NCBI GenBank assembly: GCA_038140435.1
Contig: JAYQGE010000002.1
Location: forward strand, 9,218 to 73,217
DNA: 64,000 nucleotides
Direction of reading: 5' to 3'
Source: Rhodospirillaceae bacterium
Lineage (GTDB): Bacteria > Pseudomonadota > Alphaproteobacteria > UBA6615
A program made the translations under genes and the position numbers. The notes under the pieces are model-generated. The model was not told the origin of the DNA, searched no databases, and saw only the letters and a list, made by a program, of their open reading frames with translations. Below, piece by piece: positions 51,805 to 62,088 of the stretch (positions within the stretch are counted from its first letter, which is position 1; the number at the start of each line of letters is the position of its first letter).

Positions 51805-52201
51805 TGGGACGCAGAAGAGGGCGCGCGGTGTGAGCACCTACTATCCGCGTCAATCGAGTGTGAGGACCGGCCTGCATTGCGCATGCCCGCGCTGCGGCGA
51901 GGGCAAGCTCTATGAGGGCCTGCTCACGGTTCGTGATCGCTGCCCTGTCTGCGATTTCGACTATTCGAGCCTGAACACCGACGACGGTTCGGCCTTCTTC
52001 ATCATCGTGCTCTACAGCGCGCTCATCCTGCCGCTGGCGGCGTGGTTCCAGTTTGCCGTCGCGCCGCCGATCTGGGTTCACTTCCTCGTCTGGATTCCGG
52101 TGATCGTCGTTGGCGCGGTCGCGCTGATGCGCCCGTTCAAGGCATGGCTGATCGCGCAGCAGTTCAAGCACAATGTGACCGACGCGGACTTCACCCGCTG
52201 A
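51779..52201 (+). CDS. DUF983 family protein (zinc-ribbon plus membrane). The start is ambiguous, either an ATG at 51779 overlapping the ctaE 3' end or a GTG at 51830.
   Basis: It has CPRCGEGKL…CPVCDF cysteines followed by two TM helices. Its position between ctaE and SURF1 is conserved in alphaproteobacteria. Confidence 0.6.
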   Translation: MSGAPSGPDGTQKRARGVSTYYPRQSSVRTGLHCACPRCGEGKLYEGLLTVRDRCPVCDFDYSSLNTDDGSAFFIIVLYSALILPLAAWFQFAVAPPIWVHFLVWIPVIVVGAVALMRPFKAWLIAQQFKHNVTDADFTR

Positions 52202-52227
52202 TCGCATCGCGGCGCGCGACGAAACGA

Positions 52228-52941
52228 ATGACCATGCGCTTCCGACCGACATTCTGGGCGACCGCCCTGGCGTTGCCGGCGTTGATCGTCCTGCTCGCGC
52301 TGGGCACCTGGCAGGTGCAGCGGCTGGCCTGGAAGAACGAGCTGATCGAAACCCGCGTGACGCGGGTGCAGGCCGCCCCGGTGGAACCGGCCGCGCTCCT
52401 GGCCGGCGGGTTTGATGTCTCGACGGTCGAGTACCGGCCGATCACCGTCACAGGCATCCTGCGCAACGACCGGGCGATGGTCCTGCTGAACCGGGTGCGC
52501 GGCGGCCGGGTCGGCGGGCATCTGATCGTGCCCCTCGAGCTCGCTGACGGGCGGGGCACGGTGATCGTCGACCGGGGCTGGATGCCGCTCCCGGCGCTGC
52601 GCGCGTTCGCCGCCGGCCCGGAGGCGGACATGCGCATCGACGGGTTTGTGCGGGCCTATGTCATGCCAGGTTATTTCGTGCCGGCCAACGAGCCGGCGGC
52701 GAACAACTGGTTCTTCATGCACGAGGCCGGGATGCTGACCGCCGCCGGCCTGTCGGGCCCCGTCGGGTTCTACGTGCAGGCCGGGCCGGCCGCATCGCCG
52801 CCGGAGACGTTCCCTGCGGGCGCGGTGCCGGAGGTCAATCTTCGCAACTCGCATCTCGAATATGCCGTCACCTGGTATGCGCTCGCCGCGGTCCTGGCGG
52901 TGATCTTCGTGGTGTTCCACTGGCGGCGGGACGAGACATGA
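52228..52941 (+). CDS. SURF1 family cytochrome oxidase assembly protein.
   Basis: It has an N-terminal TM segment (FWATALALPALIVLLALGTWQVQRLAWK) and a C-terminal TM segment, which is SURF1 topology. Confidence 0.8.
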   Translation: MTMRFRPTFWATALALPALIVLLALGTWQVQRLAWKNELIETRVTRVQAAPVEPAALLAGGFDVSTVEYRPITVTGILRNDRAMVLLNRVRGGRVGGHLIVPLELADGRGTVIVDRGWMPLPALRAFAAGPEADMRIDGFVRAYVMPGYFVPANEPAANNWFFMHEAGMLTAAGLSGPVGFYVQAGPAASPPETFPAGAVPEVNLRNSHLEYAVTWYALAAVLAVIFVVFHWRRDET

Positions 52942-54458
52942 CGGACACCACGGCCTATGCAGGTCTCGAGGAACGCTTCCGGCGCCGCGCCCTGATCGGC
53001 GATGCGCTCGGGATTCTCGACTGGGACCAGGCGACGACCATGCCCGAGGGGAGCGCCGAGGGGCGGGCGGAGCAGATCGCGACCCTGAGCGTGCTGCGCC
53101 ACGACCTGATGGTGGCGCCGGGTGTCGATGCGGCGATCGCCTCGGCGGAGCGAGAGCTCGACGCCGCCGGCGAGACGGATATCGCCGAATGGCGGCGCGG
53201 CAATCTACGCGAAATGAAGCGGGTGCACCAGATCGCCGCGGCAGTGCCGGGGGACCTGGTGGCGGCCGCGGCGCGCGCCAACGCGGCGTGCGAGATCCAG
53301 TGGCGGCGCGCCCGCGCGGAGAACGACTATCCCGGCCTGCTGCCGGCGCTGCGCGAGGTCGTGAACCTTGTCCGGGAGACGGCGGCGGCGCGGGCCGATG
53401 CGCTCGCGCTGGAACCCTATGACGCGCTCCTGGAGGAATACGAGGCGGGCACGCGCATGGCGCGGCTCGATCCGCTGTTCGACCGGCTGGCATCGCATCT
53501 TCCCGAACTCCTGCCGCGGGTCCTCGAGCATCAGAGGACGCAGCCGGCGCCGGTGCGCCCGGAAGGGCCGTTCGCGGTCGCCGACCAGCGCACGCTCGCC
53601 GCCGAACTCATGCAGGCGCTCGGCTTCGACTTCACGCGCGGGCGCCTCGATGTCAGCCACCATCCCTTCTGCGGCGGCGCGACGGGGGATGTGCGGATCA
53701 CGACCCGTTACAACGAGGACGACTTCACCGAGTCCCTGATGGGGGTGCTGCACGAGACGGGTCACGCGCTCTACGAGAGCGGCCTGCCCGTGGAATGGCG
53801 CTTCCAGCCGGTGGGCGGGGCGCTGGGGATGGCGATCCACGAGAGCCAGTCCCTGCTGGTGGAGATGCAGGTCAGCCGGTCCCGGCCCTTCCTGTTCTTC
53901 GCCCTGCCGCGCATGAAGGCGGTCTTCGCTGGCACCGGGCCCGCCTGGGACGCGGACAATCTCTACCGGCTCTATACGCAGGTTCAGCCGGGTTTCATCC
54001 GGGTGGACGCGGACGAGGTCACCTATCCGCTGCACATCGTCCTGCGCTACAGGCTCGAACGCGCGATGCTCTCGGGCGATCTCGACCTGGCCGATCTGCC
54101 GGGTGCCTGGAACGACGCGATGCGCGATCTGCTCGGGATCACGCCGCCGGACGACCGGTTGGGCTGCCTGCAGGATATCCACTGGCCGGCCGGCTCCTTC
54201 GGTTACTTCCCGACCTACACGCTGGGCGCGATGGCGGCCGCCCAGTTCTTCCGCGCCGCGCGCCGCGCGCTGCCGGATCTCGACGGCGACATCGCGGCCG
54301 GGCGGCTCGAACCGCTCCTCGGCTGGCTGCGGGCGAACGTGCACGGGCGCGGGGCCTGCCACACCGCAGACGAACTGCTGATCCGTGCGACGGGAGAAGC
54401 GCTCAATCCCGACATCTTCCTGGATCACCTGGAAGCCCGGTATCTGGCGGACGTGTGA
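52938..54458 (+). CDS. Carboxypeptidase Taq (M32) family metallopeptidase.
   Basis: It has the HExxH motif (LHETGHALYE) and an M32-specific downstream HESQS motif. It overlaps SURF1 by 4 bp. Confidence 0.85.
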   Translation: MTDTTAYAGLEERFRRRALIGDALGILDWDQATTMPEGSAEGRAEQIATLSVLRHDLMVAPGVDAAIASAERELDAAGETDIAEWRRGNLREMKRVHQIAAAVPGDLVAAAARANAACEIQWRRARAENDYPGLLPALREVVNLVRETAAARADALALEPYDALLEEYEAGTRMARLDPLFDRLASHLPELLPRVLEHQRTQPAPVRPEGPFAVADQRTLAAELMQALGFDFTRGRLDVSHHPFCGGATGDVRITTRYNEDDFTESLMGVLHETGHALYESGLPVEWRFQPVGGALGMAIHESQSLLVEMQVSRSRPFLFFALPRMKAVFAGTGPAWDADNLYRLYTQVQPGFIRVDADEVTYPLHIVLRYRLERAMLSGDLDLADLPGAWNDAMRDLLGITPPDDRLGCLQDIHWPAGSFGYFPTYTLGAMAAAQFFRAARRALPDLDGDIAAGRLEPLLGWLRANVHGRGACHTADELLIRATGEALNPDIFLDHLEARYLADV

Positions 54459-54525
54459 GCCGCTGCGCCTTGTATCGGCATTTCCCGTTGGATAGGTTAG
54501 CGCGCCTTTCGGCAGAGGAACGGAT

Positions 54526-55926
54526 GTGGAATATCTGAGCACCAGGGGTGGCGCGCCGGCGCCAGGCTTCGAGGACGTGTTGCTGAGCGGGCTCGCCCGC
54601 GACGGCGGCCTGTTCGTGCCCGCGCATTGGCCCTCGGTTCCGGGCGCGGATATTCGGGCGCTCGCCACACTCGACTATGCCGAGGTCGCCGCGCGGATCA
54701 TCCGCCCCTTCATCGAGACGGACCTCCTCGACGACGCGGCGCTCGCCCGGCTGACCCGCGAGACCTATGCCGGGTTCGCGGCCCCCGACGTCGCCCCGCT
54801 GCGCCAGCTCGACGACGACACCTGGCTGCTCGAGCTGTTCCACGGCCCGACTCTCGCGTTCAAGGACTTCGCCCTCCAGCTCCTCGGCCGGCTGTTCGAG
54901 CATGTTCTGGCGCGCCGCGGCGCACGTATCACCATCGTCGGGGCGACGTCCGGCGACACCGGGTCGGCGGCCATCGAGGCGTGCCGGGGGCGCAGCAATC
55001 TCGACATCTTCATGCTGCATCCAGAGGGGCGCGTCTCGGAGGTCCAGCGGCGGCAGATGACGACGGTCGTCGCCGACAATGTCTTCAACCTCGCCATCGG
55101 CGGCACCTTCGACGACTGCCAGGACCTGGTGAAGGCGCTGTTCGCCGACCACGCGTTGCGCGATGCGCTCGGCCTGTCCGCGGTCAACTCGATCAACTGG
55201 GCGCGGGTGATGGGCCAGACCGCCTATTATTTTTCCGCCGCGGCCCGGCTCGGCGCGCCGGACGAGGCCGTCACATTCGTCGTGCCGACCGGGAACTTCG
55301 GCAATGTCTATGCCGGATATGTGGCGCGGCAGATGGGCCTGCCGATCGATAGGCTGGTCGTGGCGTCGAACCGGAACGACATCCTCTATCGCTTCCTTGC
55401 CAACGGCGACATGTCGATCGCGGGGGTCGAGCCGTCGCTGTCGCCCAGCATGGACATCCAGGTCTCGAGCAACTTCGAGCGCCTGATGTTCGACCTGATG
55501 GACCGGGACGGGGCGGCGGTCGCGGCCGCGATGCGGGCTTTCCGCGATGGTGGCACCCTGCCGGGCGCGGCGGCGCTGCGCGAAGGTGCGCGTGCCCTGT
55601 TCGAGGGGCAACGTGTCGATGACGCGGAAACTCTCGGTGTGATCCGCGACGTGCATGCCGAGACGGGGATCCTGCTCGATCCGCACACCGCGGTGGGGGT
55701 CGGCGCCGCGCGGAAGATGACGCGCGACGGCCACAAGCGGGTTGTCCTTGCGACGGCCCATCCCGCGAAGTTTCCCGACGCCGTCGAGGAGGCCACGGGT
55801 GTGCGGCCCGAGCTGCCGCCGCACCTGTCGGACTTGCTCTCGCGCCCCGAGGCGGCGGCGTCGATCGACAACGACGTCGATGCGGTGCGAGATTTCGTGC
55901 GTGCCCACGCGGCGGCCGCAAGGTGA
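54526..55926 (+). CDS. thrC: Threonine synthase.
   Basis: It has the MEYLSTRGG N-terminus and the PLP-binding Lys region (FHGPTLAFKDFALQ). It uses a GTG start with an AGAGGAACGG ribosome-binding site. Confidence 0.9.
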   Translation: MEYLSTRGGAPAPGFEDVLLSGLARDGGLFVPAHWPSVPGADIRALATLDYAEVAARIIRPFIETDLLDDAALARLTRETYAGFAAPDVAPLRQLDDDTWLLELFHGPTLAFKDFALQLLGRLFEHVLARRGARITIVGATSGDTGSAAIEACRGRSNLDIFMLHPEGRVSEVQRRQMTTVVADNVFNLAIGGTFDDCQDLVKALFADHALRDALGLSAVNSINWARVMGQTAYYFSAAARLGAPDEAVTFVVPTGNFGNVYAGYVARQMGLPIDRLVVASNRNDILYRFLANGDMSIAGVEPSLSPSMDIQVSSNFERLMFDLMDRDGAAVAAAMRAFRDGGTLPGAAALREGARALFEGQRVDDAETLGVIRDVHAETGILLDPHTAVGVGAARKMTRDGHKRVVLATAHPAKFPDAVEEATGVRPELPPHLSDLLSRPEAAASIDNDVDAVRDFVRAHAAAAR

Positions 55927-57197
55927 GCGAATCGGTGTCGGGTATCCGGGTCACCACGCTCGCGAACGGCGTGCGGGTCGTCAGCGACGGGATGCCGACC
56001 GTCGAGTCCGTGTCCATCGGGATCTGGGTCAAGGCCGGCGCCCGCTTCGAGACGCCGGAGATCAACGGTGCCGCCCACCTGCTCGAACACATGATGTTCA
56101 AGGGGACGCCCCGGCGCAGCGCGCAGCAGATCGCTGAGACCATCGAGAATGTCGGCGGCCATATCAATGCCTATACCGCGCGCGAGGTCACGGCCTACTA
56201 CGCCAAGGTGCTGAAGGACGACGCGGCGCTCACGCTCGATGTGATCGCGGATTTCCTGCAGCACTCGCTGTTCGACGAGGACGAGCTGGGCCGGGAACGC
56301 TCGGTCGTCCTGCAGGAGATCGGCCAGGCGCACGACACGCCGGACGACGTGGTATTTGACAATTTCCAGGCGGTCGCCTACCCCGATCAGGCGCTCGGCC
56401 GGCCCGTGCTCGGGCGCCCGGAAATCGTCTCCGCCATGCCGCGCGACGCGCTCGTCGGTTTCCATGATCGGCACTATCACGGCGGTTCGCTCGTCGTCGC
56501 GGCTGCGGGCAACATCGCCCACGAGACGCTCGTCGCCCTGGCCGAGGAGCATTTGTCGGAGCTTGGGGCCGGTGCGGCGCCTTCGGTTCCGGCCGCGTCC
56601 TATGCGGGTGGGGAGAGCCGAGAGACCCGCGCGCTGGAGCAGGTCCATTTCGTGATGGGTTTCCGCGGCGCGCCGGTCGGCTCGGATGACTATTACGCTC
56701 TCTCGGTGCTCTCGAACCTGTTCGGCGGCGGCATGTCGTCGCGCCTGTTCCAGGAGATCCGCGAGCGCCGTGGGCTGGTCTATTCGATCGATACCTTCCT
56801 GTCGGCATTCTCCGACGACGGCGTCTTCGGCATCTATGCCGGGACGGGCCCCGATCTGGTGGAGGAGTTCGTCCCCGCGCTGTGCGACGAGATTGCCCGC
56901 CTTTCGTCGAGCCTGACGGAGGTGGAGATTGCCCGCGCCCGCGCGCAGCTGAAGTCCAATCTCCTCATGGGCATGGAATCGACGGGTGCGCGCGCCGAGC
57001 GCGCGGGACAGCAGATGTTGCTGTATGATCGCGTCGTATCGGTCGGTGAACTGGTTGAAAAGATCGAGAACGTGACCCTGGAGACCCTGTCCACGAACGC
57101 GCACCGGCTGCTCGAGGCGACGCCGAGCCTGGCGACGATCGGCCCGGCGACCCGCATGGAATCCTTCGATGCCATGCGCCGTCGGCTCGCGGCCTAA
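55923..57197 (+). CDS. M16 family processing peptidase (MPP-like).
   Basis: It has the HxxEH motif (GAAHLLEHMMFKGT). Its conserved position is after thrC. It uses a GTG start. Confidence 0.85.
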   Translation: MSESVSGIRVTTLANGVRVVSDGMPTVESVSIGIWVKAGARFETPEINGAAHLLEHMMFKGTPRRSAQQIAETIENVGGHINAYTAREVTAYYAKVLKDDAALTLDVIADFLQHSLFDEDELGRERSVVLQEIGQAHDTPDDVVFDNFQAVAYPDQALGRPVLGRPEIVSAMPRDALVGFHDRHYHGGSLVVAAAGNIAHETLVALAEEHLSELGAGAAPSVPAASYAGGESRETRALEQVHFVMGFRGAPVGSDDYYALSVLSNLFGGGMSSRLFQEIRERRGLVYSIDTFLSAFSDDGVFGIYAGTGPDLVEEFVPALCDEIARLSSSLTEVEIARARAQLKSNLLMGMESTGARAERAGQQMLLYDRVVSVGELVEKIENVTLETLSTNAHRLLEATPSLATIGPATRMESFDAMRRRLAA

Positions 57198-57205
57198 CGG
57201 TCCGA

Positions 57206-57826
57206 ATGCGCCTGTTTCGTTCCCTGTCGGGCAACGCCGGAAGTGTCCGGCTTGAGGGCGCCCGCACCTTCCTGCGCCCGCCGGGGGAACGCGACTGGCG
57301 CGCCTATGCGGAGGTTCGCGCCGCGAGCCGCAAGTTCCTCGAGCCATGGGAGCCGACCTGGCCGTCGGATGCGCTCAGCCGGGAAGCGTTTCACCGGCGC
57401 CTCAACAGGTATGCGAGCGACTGGCGCAATGACACCGGCTACAGCATGTTCGTGTTCGGACAGGAAAGCGGAGCGCTGCTCGGCGGAATCAGCCTGTCGA
57501 ACGTGCGCCGTGGTGTCGCGCAGACCGGCACTCTCGGTTACTGGATCGGCGAGGCCTATGCCGGGCAGGGCCTCATGCGCGAGGCGCTGGGCCTGCTGCT
57601 CGGCTTCTGTTTCAAGGACCTGGCATTGCACAGGGTCGAGGCCGCGTGCCTGCCCAGCAACGCGGCCAGCCGCGGCCTCTTGATGGCATCGGGTTTCTCG
57701 GAAGACGGTTTCGCGCGCAAGTATCTGAAGATTCGCGGCGTCTGGCATGACCACCTGTTGTTTTCGCTGCTGGCCGAGGATTTCAAGGCGGCGGGTGCCG
57801 TCGCCCTCGAAACGCCCCGGGCCTGA
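57206..57826 (+). CDS. GNAT family N-acetyltransferase (RimJ/RimL-like).
   Basis: It has an acetyl-CoA binding motif (YWIGEAYAGQGLMREAL). Confidence 0.8.
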   Translation: MRLFRSLSGNAGSVRLEGARTFLRPPGERDWRAYAEVRAASRKFLEPWEPTWPSDALSREAFHRRLNRYASDWRNDTGYSMFVFGQESGALLGGISLSNVRRGVAQTGTLGYWIGEAYAGQGLMREALGLLLGFCFKDLALHRVEAACLPSNAASRGLLMASGFSEDGFARKYLKIRGVWHDHLLFSLLAEDFKAAGAVALETPRA

Positions 57827-57848
57827 CGGTCCCGGTTCCTCCGCGCCC

Positions 57849-59060
57849 ATGAGCCCCGCGCCCGCCAAGGTTCTGGCCCGCAAGCGTCTGCGCGTTCTCA
57901 CGGTCCTGCTGACAAGTAGCCTGGCGTTTCTTGCGCCATCGGCCATCGCGCCGGGCCTGCCGGCGCTCCAGGCGGACTTCGCGCATGTGGACAACGCGGC
58001 GTTCCTGTCGCCCCTGGTGCTCACCATGCCGATGCTGTTCATCGCGCTTGCCAGTCCGTTCGCCGGTTACGCCGTGGACCGTTATGGCCGGCGGCGGATA
58101 CTCATCGTCTCGACATTTCTCTATGGCCTGGCCGGCGTGTCGGGCCTCGCGGTGGAGTCGATCTTCGCGCTCCTCACGAGCCGCGCGTTTCTCGGTGTGT
58201 TTCTTGCGGGGATCATGACCAGTGTCACCGCACTGGTCGGTGATTACTTCGTGGGCGAGGAACGTAACCGGGTTGCGGGTCTGCAGGGCGCGTTCATGTC
58301 GCTCGGCACGCTCACATTTGTTGTAATCGCGGGACTGCTCGCCGAAATTCACTGGCGGGTTGGATTTACGCTCTTCGCGGTCGCCTTCCTTCTCCTGCCG
58401 CTCATGTTCGCGAGCCTGTACGAGCCTGACCGTGATGTTGCCAGGACCGTAGGCGGTTTCGAACCGCCACCGACGTTGCGCCAGTGGTCGGCGATCGGCC
58501 TGGTTTGCGGCCTCGCATTCGTGACCCTCATATTCATGTTCATGATCCCGTCGCAAACCGCCTTCTTCCTGGTGGAAATCGGCGTCGAGGATCCGACCCG
58601 CGCGGGACTGGCGATCGGTTTGTTCAACCTGTCGGCAGGCACCGCATCGCTGACCTACGGATGGCTGAGGTCCCGAGTCAGCCCGGAATCCATCTTTGCG
58701 TTGCTGTTTGCGGTCGGGGGCCTTGGCTTTGTCCTGACCGGGTTCTCCGAAAGCTTCACCGGCACGATGATCGCGATGGGGATTGGCGGATTCTCGATGG
58801 GGGCGTTCCTGCCCAACATCAATCTGGCGATCATCTCGCGCACCTCGATGGCCGTTCGCGGTCGCGCGCTTGGCGCGCTGACCACGTCGTTCTTCATGGG
58901 ACAGTTTCTCTCGCCGGTCTGGGCGGTGCCGATCGCTGCGGCAAGAAGTGTCGGCCACGCCTTCCTGGTCAGCGGTTACCTCCTGCTGGCGATGAGCGCG
59001 ATGTTCCTGGCGATCGTTGTCTGGCGGCGGCTGCTCGGTGCGCGGGAGGAAATGCGCTAG
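57849..59060 (+). CDS. MFS transporter with 12 TM segments.
   Basis: It has 12 hydrophobic segments and an MFS motif (VDRYGRRRIL). The start is set after the GNAT stop. The ORF track starts it at 57747. Confidence 0.75.
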   Translation: MSPAPAKVLARKRLRVLTVLLTSSLAFLAPSAIAPGLPALQADFAHVDNAAFLSPLVLTMPMLFIALASPFAGYAVDRYGRRRILIVSTFLYGLAGVSGLAVESIFALLTSRAFLGVFLAGIMTSVTALVGDYFVGEERNRVAGLQGAFMSLGTLTFVVIAGLLAEIHWRVGFTLFAVAFLLLPLMFASLYEPDRDVARTVGGFEPPPTLRQWSAIGLVCGLAFVTLIFMFMIPSQTAFFLVEIGVEDPTRAGLAIGLFNLSAGTASLTYGWLRSRVSPESIFALLFAVGGLGFVLTGFSESFTGTMIAMGIGGFSMGAFLPNINLAIISRTSMAVRGRALGALTTSFFMGQFLSPVWAVPIAAARSVGHAFLVSGYLLLAMSAMFLAIVVWRRLLGAREEMR

Positions 59061-59635
59061 GCCCGGCCGGCCCTGCCGGACAGGACCGAGAGATCGACCC
59101 CGATACTGTTGAAGGCGCGCTCCCACTTGTCGGCCGCATCCACCTCGAACATCAGTGCGTCGTCGTAGGGCACCGACAGCCAGGCGTTGTCGTGGAACTC
59201 CGATTCGAGTTGTCCCGGACCCCAGCCCGCATATCCGAGCGCCAGGATGGACTTCTCCGGGCCGTCCCCGCGTGCGAGCGCCCGCAGAATATCGAGGGTT
59301 ACCGTCAGCCCGACCTGGTCGGTGATCATCAGCGTCTCGTCGTGCCGGTACTCGCCGGAATGGAGCACGAAGCCCCGCTGGTTCTCGACCGGGCCACCGA
59401 AATGCACCGTCATGTCGCGCACCGAATCGCCGGCCGGGATGTCGAGCTGGCCCAGGAGTTCCCGGAAATCGATGGAATCGAGGGTCTTGTTGACCACCAG
59501 GCCCATCGCACCCTCGTCGTTATGGGCGCACATGTAGATGACGGCCCGCTCGAAGCGCGGGTCGGTCATGGCCGGCATCGCGAGCAGCATCTGGCCCTCG
59601 AAATAGGTGCCGGTGGTGGGATCGGTATCGTTCAT
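59057..59635 (-). CDS. YqgE/AlgH family protein (UPF0301).
   Basis: It shows the conserved family pattern (LLAMPAMTDPRFERAVIYMCAHNDEGAMGLVVNK). Confidence 0.85.
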   Translation of the reverse strand: MNDTDPTTGTYFEGQMLLAMPAMTDPRFERAVIYMCAHNDEGAMGLVVNKTLDSIDFRELLGQLDIPAGDSVRDMTVHFGGPVENQRGFVLHSGEYRHDETLMITDQVGLTVTLDILRALARGDGPEKSILALGYAGWGPGQLESEFHDNAWLSVPYDDALMFEVDAADKWERAFNSIGVDLSVLSGRAGRA

Positions 59636-59782
59636 GACATTCCTGTCATAGTTCGACGGGCCGGCAGAAGTCTCCCCGACACGCGATTGTGAGGCCAGGT
59701 GAGTGTCTGGCCGCTATATTCCGGGACATTCTTACCTATATTTCAACCGTTCGAGATTGGTAACTGGCAGTCCAGCCGAGGC

Positions 59783-61948
59783 ATGAACCACATGGTAGCG
59801 CGTTTCCGGGAAATCCTGGGTCTGGCCACGATTATGGCCGCCATTCCGGCTTTTTTGTGGCCGAGCCTCGCTGCGGGCGACGCGGCGACCGACTGGCTCG
59901 ACGGCCCGAAGGCCGATATCCGCCTCGTCTCGGCCACGACAGCTGTCGGCGATCTCGAATCGATCCCGCTCGGCATCGAGGTCCGCCTCGACGAAGGCTG
60001 GAAGACCTACTGGCGCTCTCCGGGCGATGCCGGAATCCCGCCCCACGTGGCATGGGACGAATCGTCCAACCTGGCCGCTGCGGCGTTCCAGTGGCCCGCG
60101 CCCGTCCGCTTCAAATATTTCGACCTGGAGACCTTCGGCTACGAAAAGCAGGTGGTCTTTCCGGTTACAGCCGAACTCCGCACGGCCGGCGAGGCCGTGA
60201 AACTGCGCGCGCAGGTCGATCTCCTGATCTGCGACGATGTGTGTATCCCCCACAGTTACACCGCATCGCTCGACCTGCCGGCGGGCCCGGCGAACCCGTC
60301 CGAGTTCGCGAACATGATCGCCCGCTACCAGAACCAGGTGCCGGGTGACGGCAGCCGGTCCGGTCTGGTGTTCGAGGGGGCCGACGTGTCCGGCGGCAAC
60401 ATCAAGCCGCTGATCCGCACGGCGTTTCGCGCCGATACGCCGTTCGCGACGCCTGACCTGCTGGTTGAAGGATCCGAGGACGTCCTGTTCTCGAAGCCGG
60501 CCTTCGAGTTTCTCGAGGATGGGCGCGTCGTCCTTGCCTCGGTGACGGCGGAGGATATTTTCGGCGAGGGAACACCGGTCGATCTCGAGAGCGATCCGCT
60601 CACCTTCACCCTGATCGACGGCGCGCGCAGCATCGAGACCAGCACGCTGCCACGGGCCGACGGGCTCGCCCATATCGACACGGGCGGTCTCGCGCTTGCG
60701 ACGCTCCTGTCGATCATGGCGCTCGCGCTCGTGGGCGGGCTGATTCTCAACCTGATGCCCTGCGTCCTCCCGGTGATCTCGATCAAGCTCCTGTCGGTCG
60801 TGAGCCATGGTGGCGGCGATCCGCGTGAGGTGCGTCTCGGCTTCCTGGCGACCACCGCCGGCATTATCGTGTCCTTCCTGGCGCTCGCGAGCCTCGCGGT
60901 GGGCGTGAAGTCTGCCGGCCTCGCGGTTGGCTGGGGAATCCAGTTCCAGCAACCCCTGTTCGTCGTCGCCCTCGTGGTGATCCTGTCGCTTTTCGCCGCG
61001 AACATGTGGGGGCTTTTCGAAGTGCGCCTGCCGGGGCGGGTGTCCGATGTGGCCGTCGCGGCCGGCAACGGCCAGTCGCTCGGTGGGCAGTTCTTCCAGG
61101 GCGCCTTCGCGACCGTCCTCGCGACGCCCTGCACCGCGCCCTTCCTCGGGACCTCGATCGGCTTCGCCCTGAGCCGTGGCGCGCTCGAGATTTATGCGAT
61201 TTTCCTCGCGCTTGGCGTCGGCATGGCGCTGCCCTTTATCCTGGTCGCGGTGTTCCCGGTGCTGGCGACCAAGCTCCCCCGGCCGGGACCCTGGATGAAC
61301 GGCCTCAAGAAAATCCTCTCCCTGGCCCTGGTCGCGACGGCGGTCTGGCTCCTGACAGTCATGGCCGTTCAGGTATCGGTCGCGGCGGCGATTGTTGTCG
61401 CGGCCCTGATGGCCGCGATCTTCGCGCTGTTCGCATTGCGCAACCGTGTTCCGGAAACGCGTGCCCGCGCCTTGGGAGCCGCTGTCGTTGCCGCCGCGGT
61501 CTTTGCCTTTGTCACACCCGCCGCGCTGCCGGCCCTCGGGATCGGGGTTGCGGACCCGTCTGAGGTCGCCGCACGGGACGAGGCTTGGCAGCCGTTCGAC
61601 GAGGCGGCGATCCCGACGCTCGTGGCGGAGGGCAAGGTCGTGTTCGTTGACGTGACGGCCGACTGGTGCATTACCTGTCAGGTGAACAAGAAGCGGGTGC
61701 TGGATACCCAGGCCGTCAACGCCGTCTTCGAACGCGGCAACGTCGTCCTCATGCGCGCCGACTGGACGAAGCCGAGCGACACGATTGCCCGGTATCTCGC
61801 CTCTTTCAACCGCTTCGGCATCCCGTTCAATGTCATCTACGGCCCGGAGACGCCGCGCGGCGTTGTCCTGCCGGAACTGTTGTCGGACGACGCGGTGTTC
61901 GGCGGGCTTGCCCAGGCCGGGCTGACCACGGCTGTCGCCGCGCGTTAG
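59783..61948 (+). CDS. dsbD: Thiol:disulfide interchange protein of the DsbD family.
   Basis: It has an N-terminal periplasmic domain with CDDVC, a TM core with paired Cys (LMPCVLPV / LATPCTAPF) and a C-terminal thioredoxin domain with WCITCQ. The start is uncertain (59699, 59783 or 59792). Confidence 0.85.
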   Translation: MNHMVARFREILGLATIMAAIPAFLWPSLAAGDAATDWLDGPKADIRLVSATTAVGDLESIPLGIEVRLDEGWKTYWRSPGDAGIPPHVAWDESSNLAAAAFQWPAPVRFKYFDLETFGYEKQVVFPVTAELRTAGEAVKLRAQVDLLICDDVCIPHSYTASLDLPAGPANPSEFANMIARYQNQVPGDGSRSGLVFEGADVSGGNIKPLIRTAFRADTPFATPDLLVEGSEDVLFSKPAFEFLEDGRVVLASVTAEDIFGEGTPVDLESDPLTFTLIDGARSIETSTLPRADGLAHIDTGGLALATLLSIMALALVGGLILNLMPCVLPVISIKLLSVVSHGGGDPREVRLGFLATTAGIIVSFLALASLAVGVKSAGLAVGWGIQFQQPLFVVALVVILSLFAANMWGLFEVRLPGRVSDVAVAAGNGQSLGGQFFQGAFATVLATPCTAPFLGTSIGFALSRGALEIYAIFLALGVGMALPFILVAVFPVLATKLPRPGPWMNGLKKILSLALVATAVWLLTVMAVQVSVAAAIVVAALMAAIFALFALRNRVPETRARALGAAVVAAAVFAFVTPAALPALGIGVADPSEVAARDEAWQPFDEAAIPTLVAEGKVVFVDVTADWCITCQVNKKRVLDTQAVNAVFERGNVVLMRADWTKPSDTIARYLASFNRFGIPFNVIYGPETPRGVVLPELLSDDAVFGGLAQAGLTTAVAAR

Positions 61949-62088
61949 CCCGGAACCGCGAATTTCCCGCCAACGAAGGCTGGAATCTTCTGCAGGACCG
62001 ACTATGTTGCGAGCCGGTATCAATGATGCGGCCGGCGCGAAACGCAAACCCCGTTGGCTCGCGGCACACCCGATCGAGGAGAGGACTG

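Noticed and set aside
58441-58470. tRNA-like T-loop string (GGTTTCGAACCGCC) noticed while scanning for tRNA genes.
   Set aside because: It lies inside the MFS transporter coding frame with no flanking acceptor or anticodon stem structure. No tRNA, rRNA, CRISPR repeat, transposase or integrase could be identified anywhere in the window.
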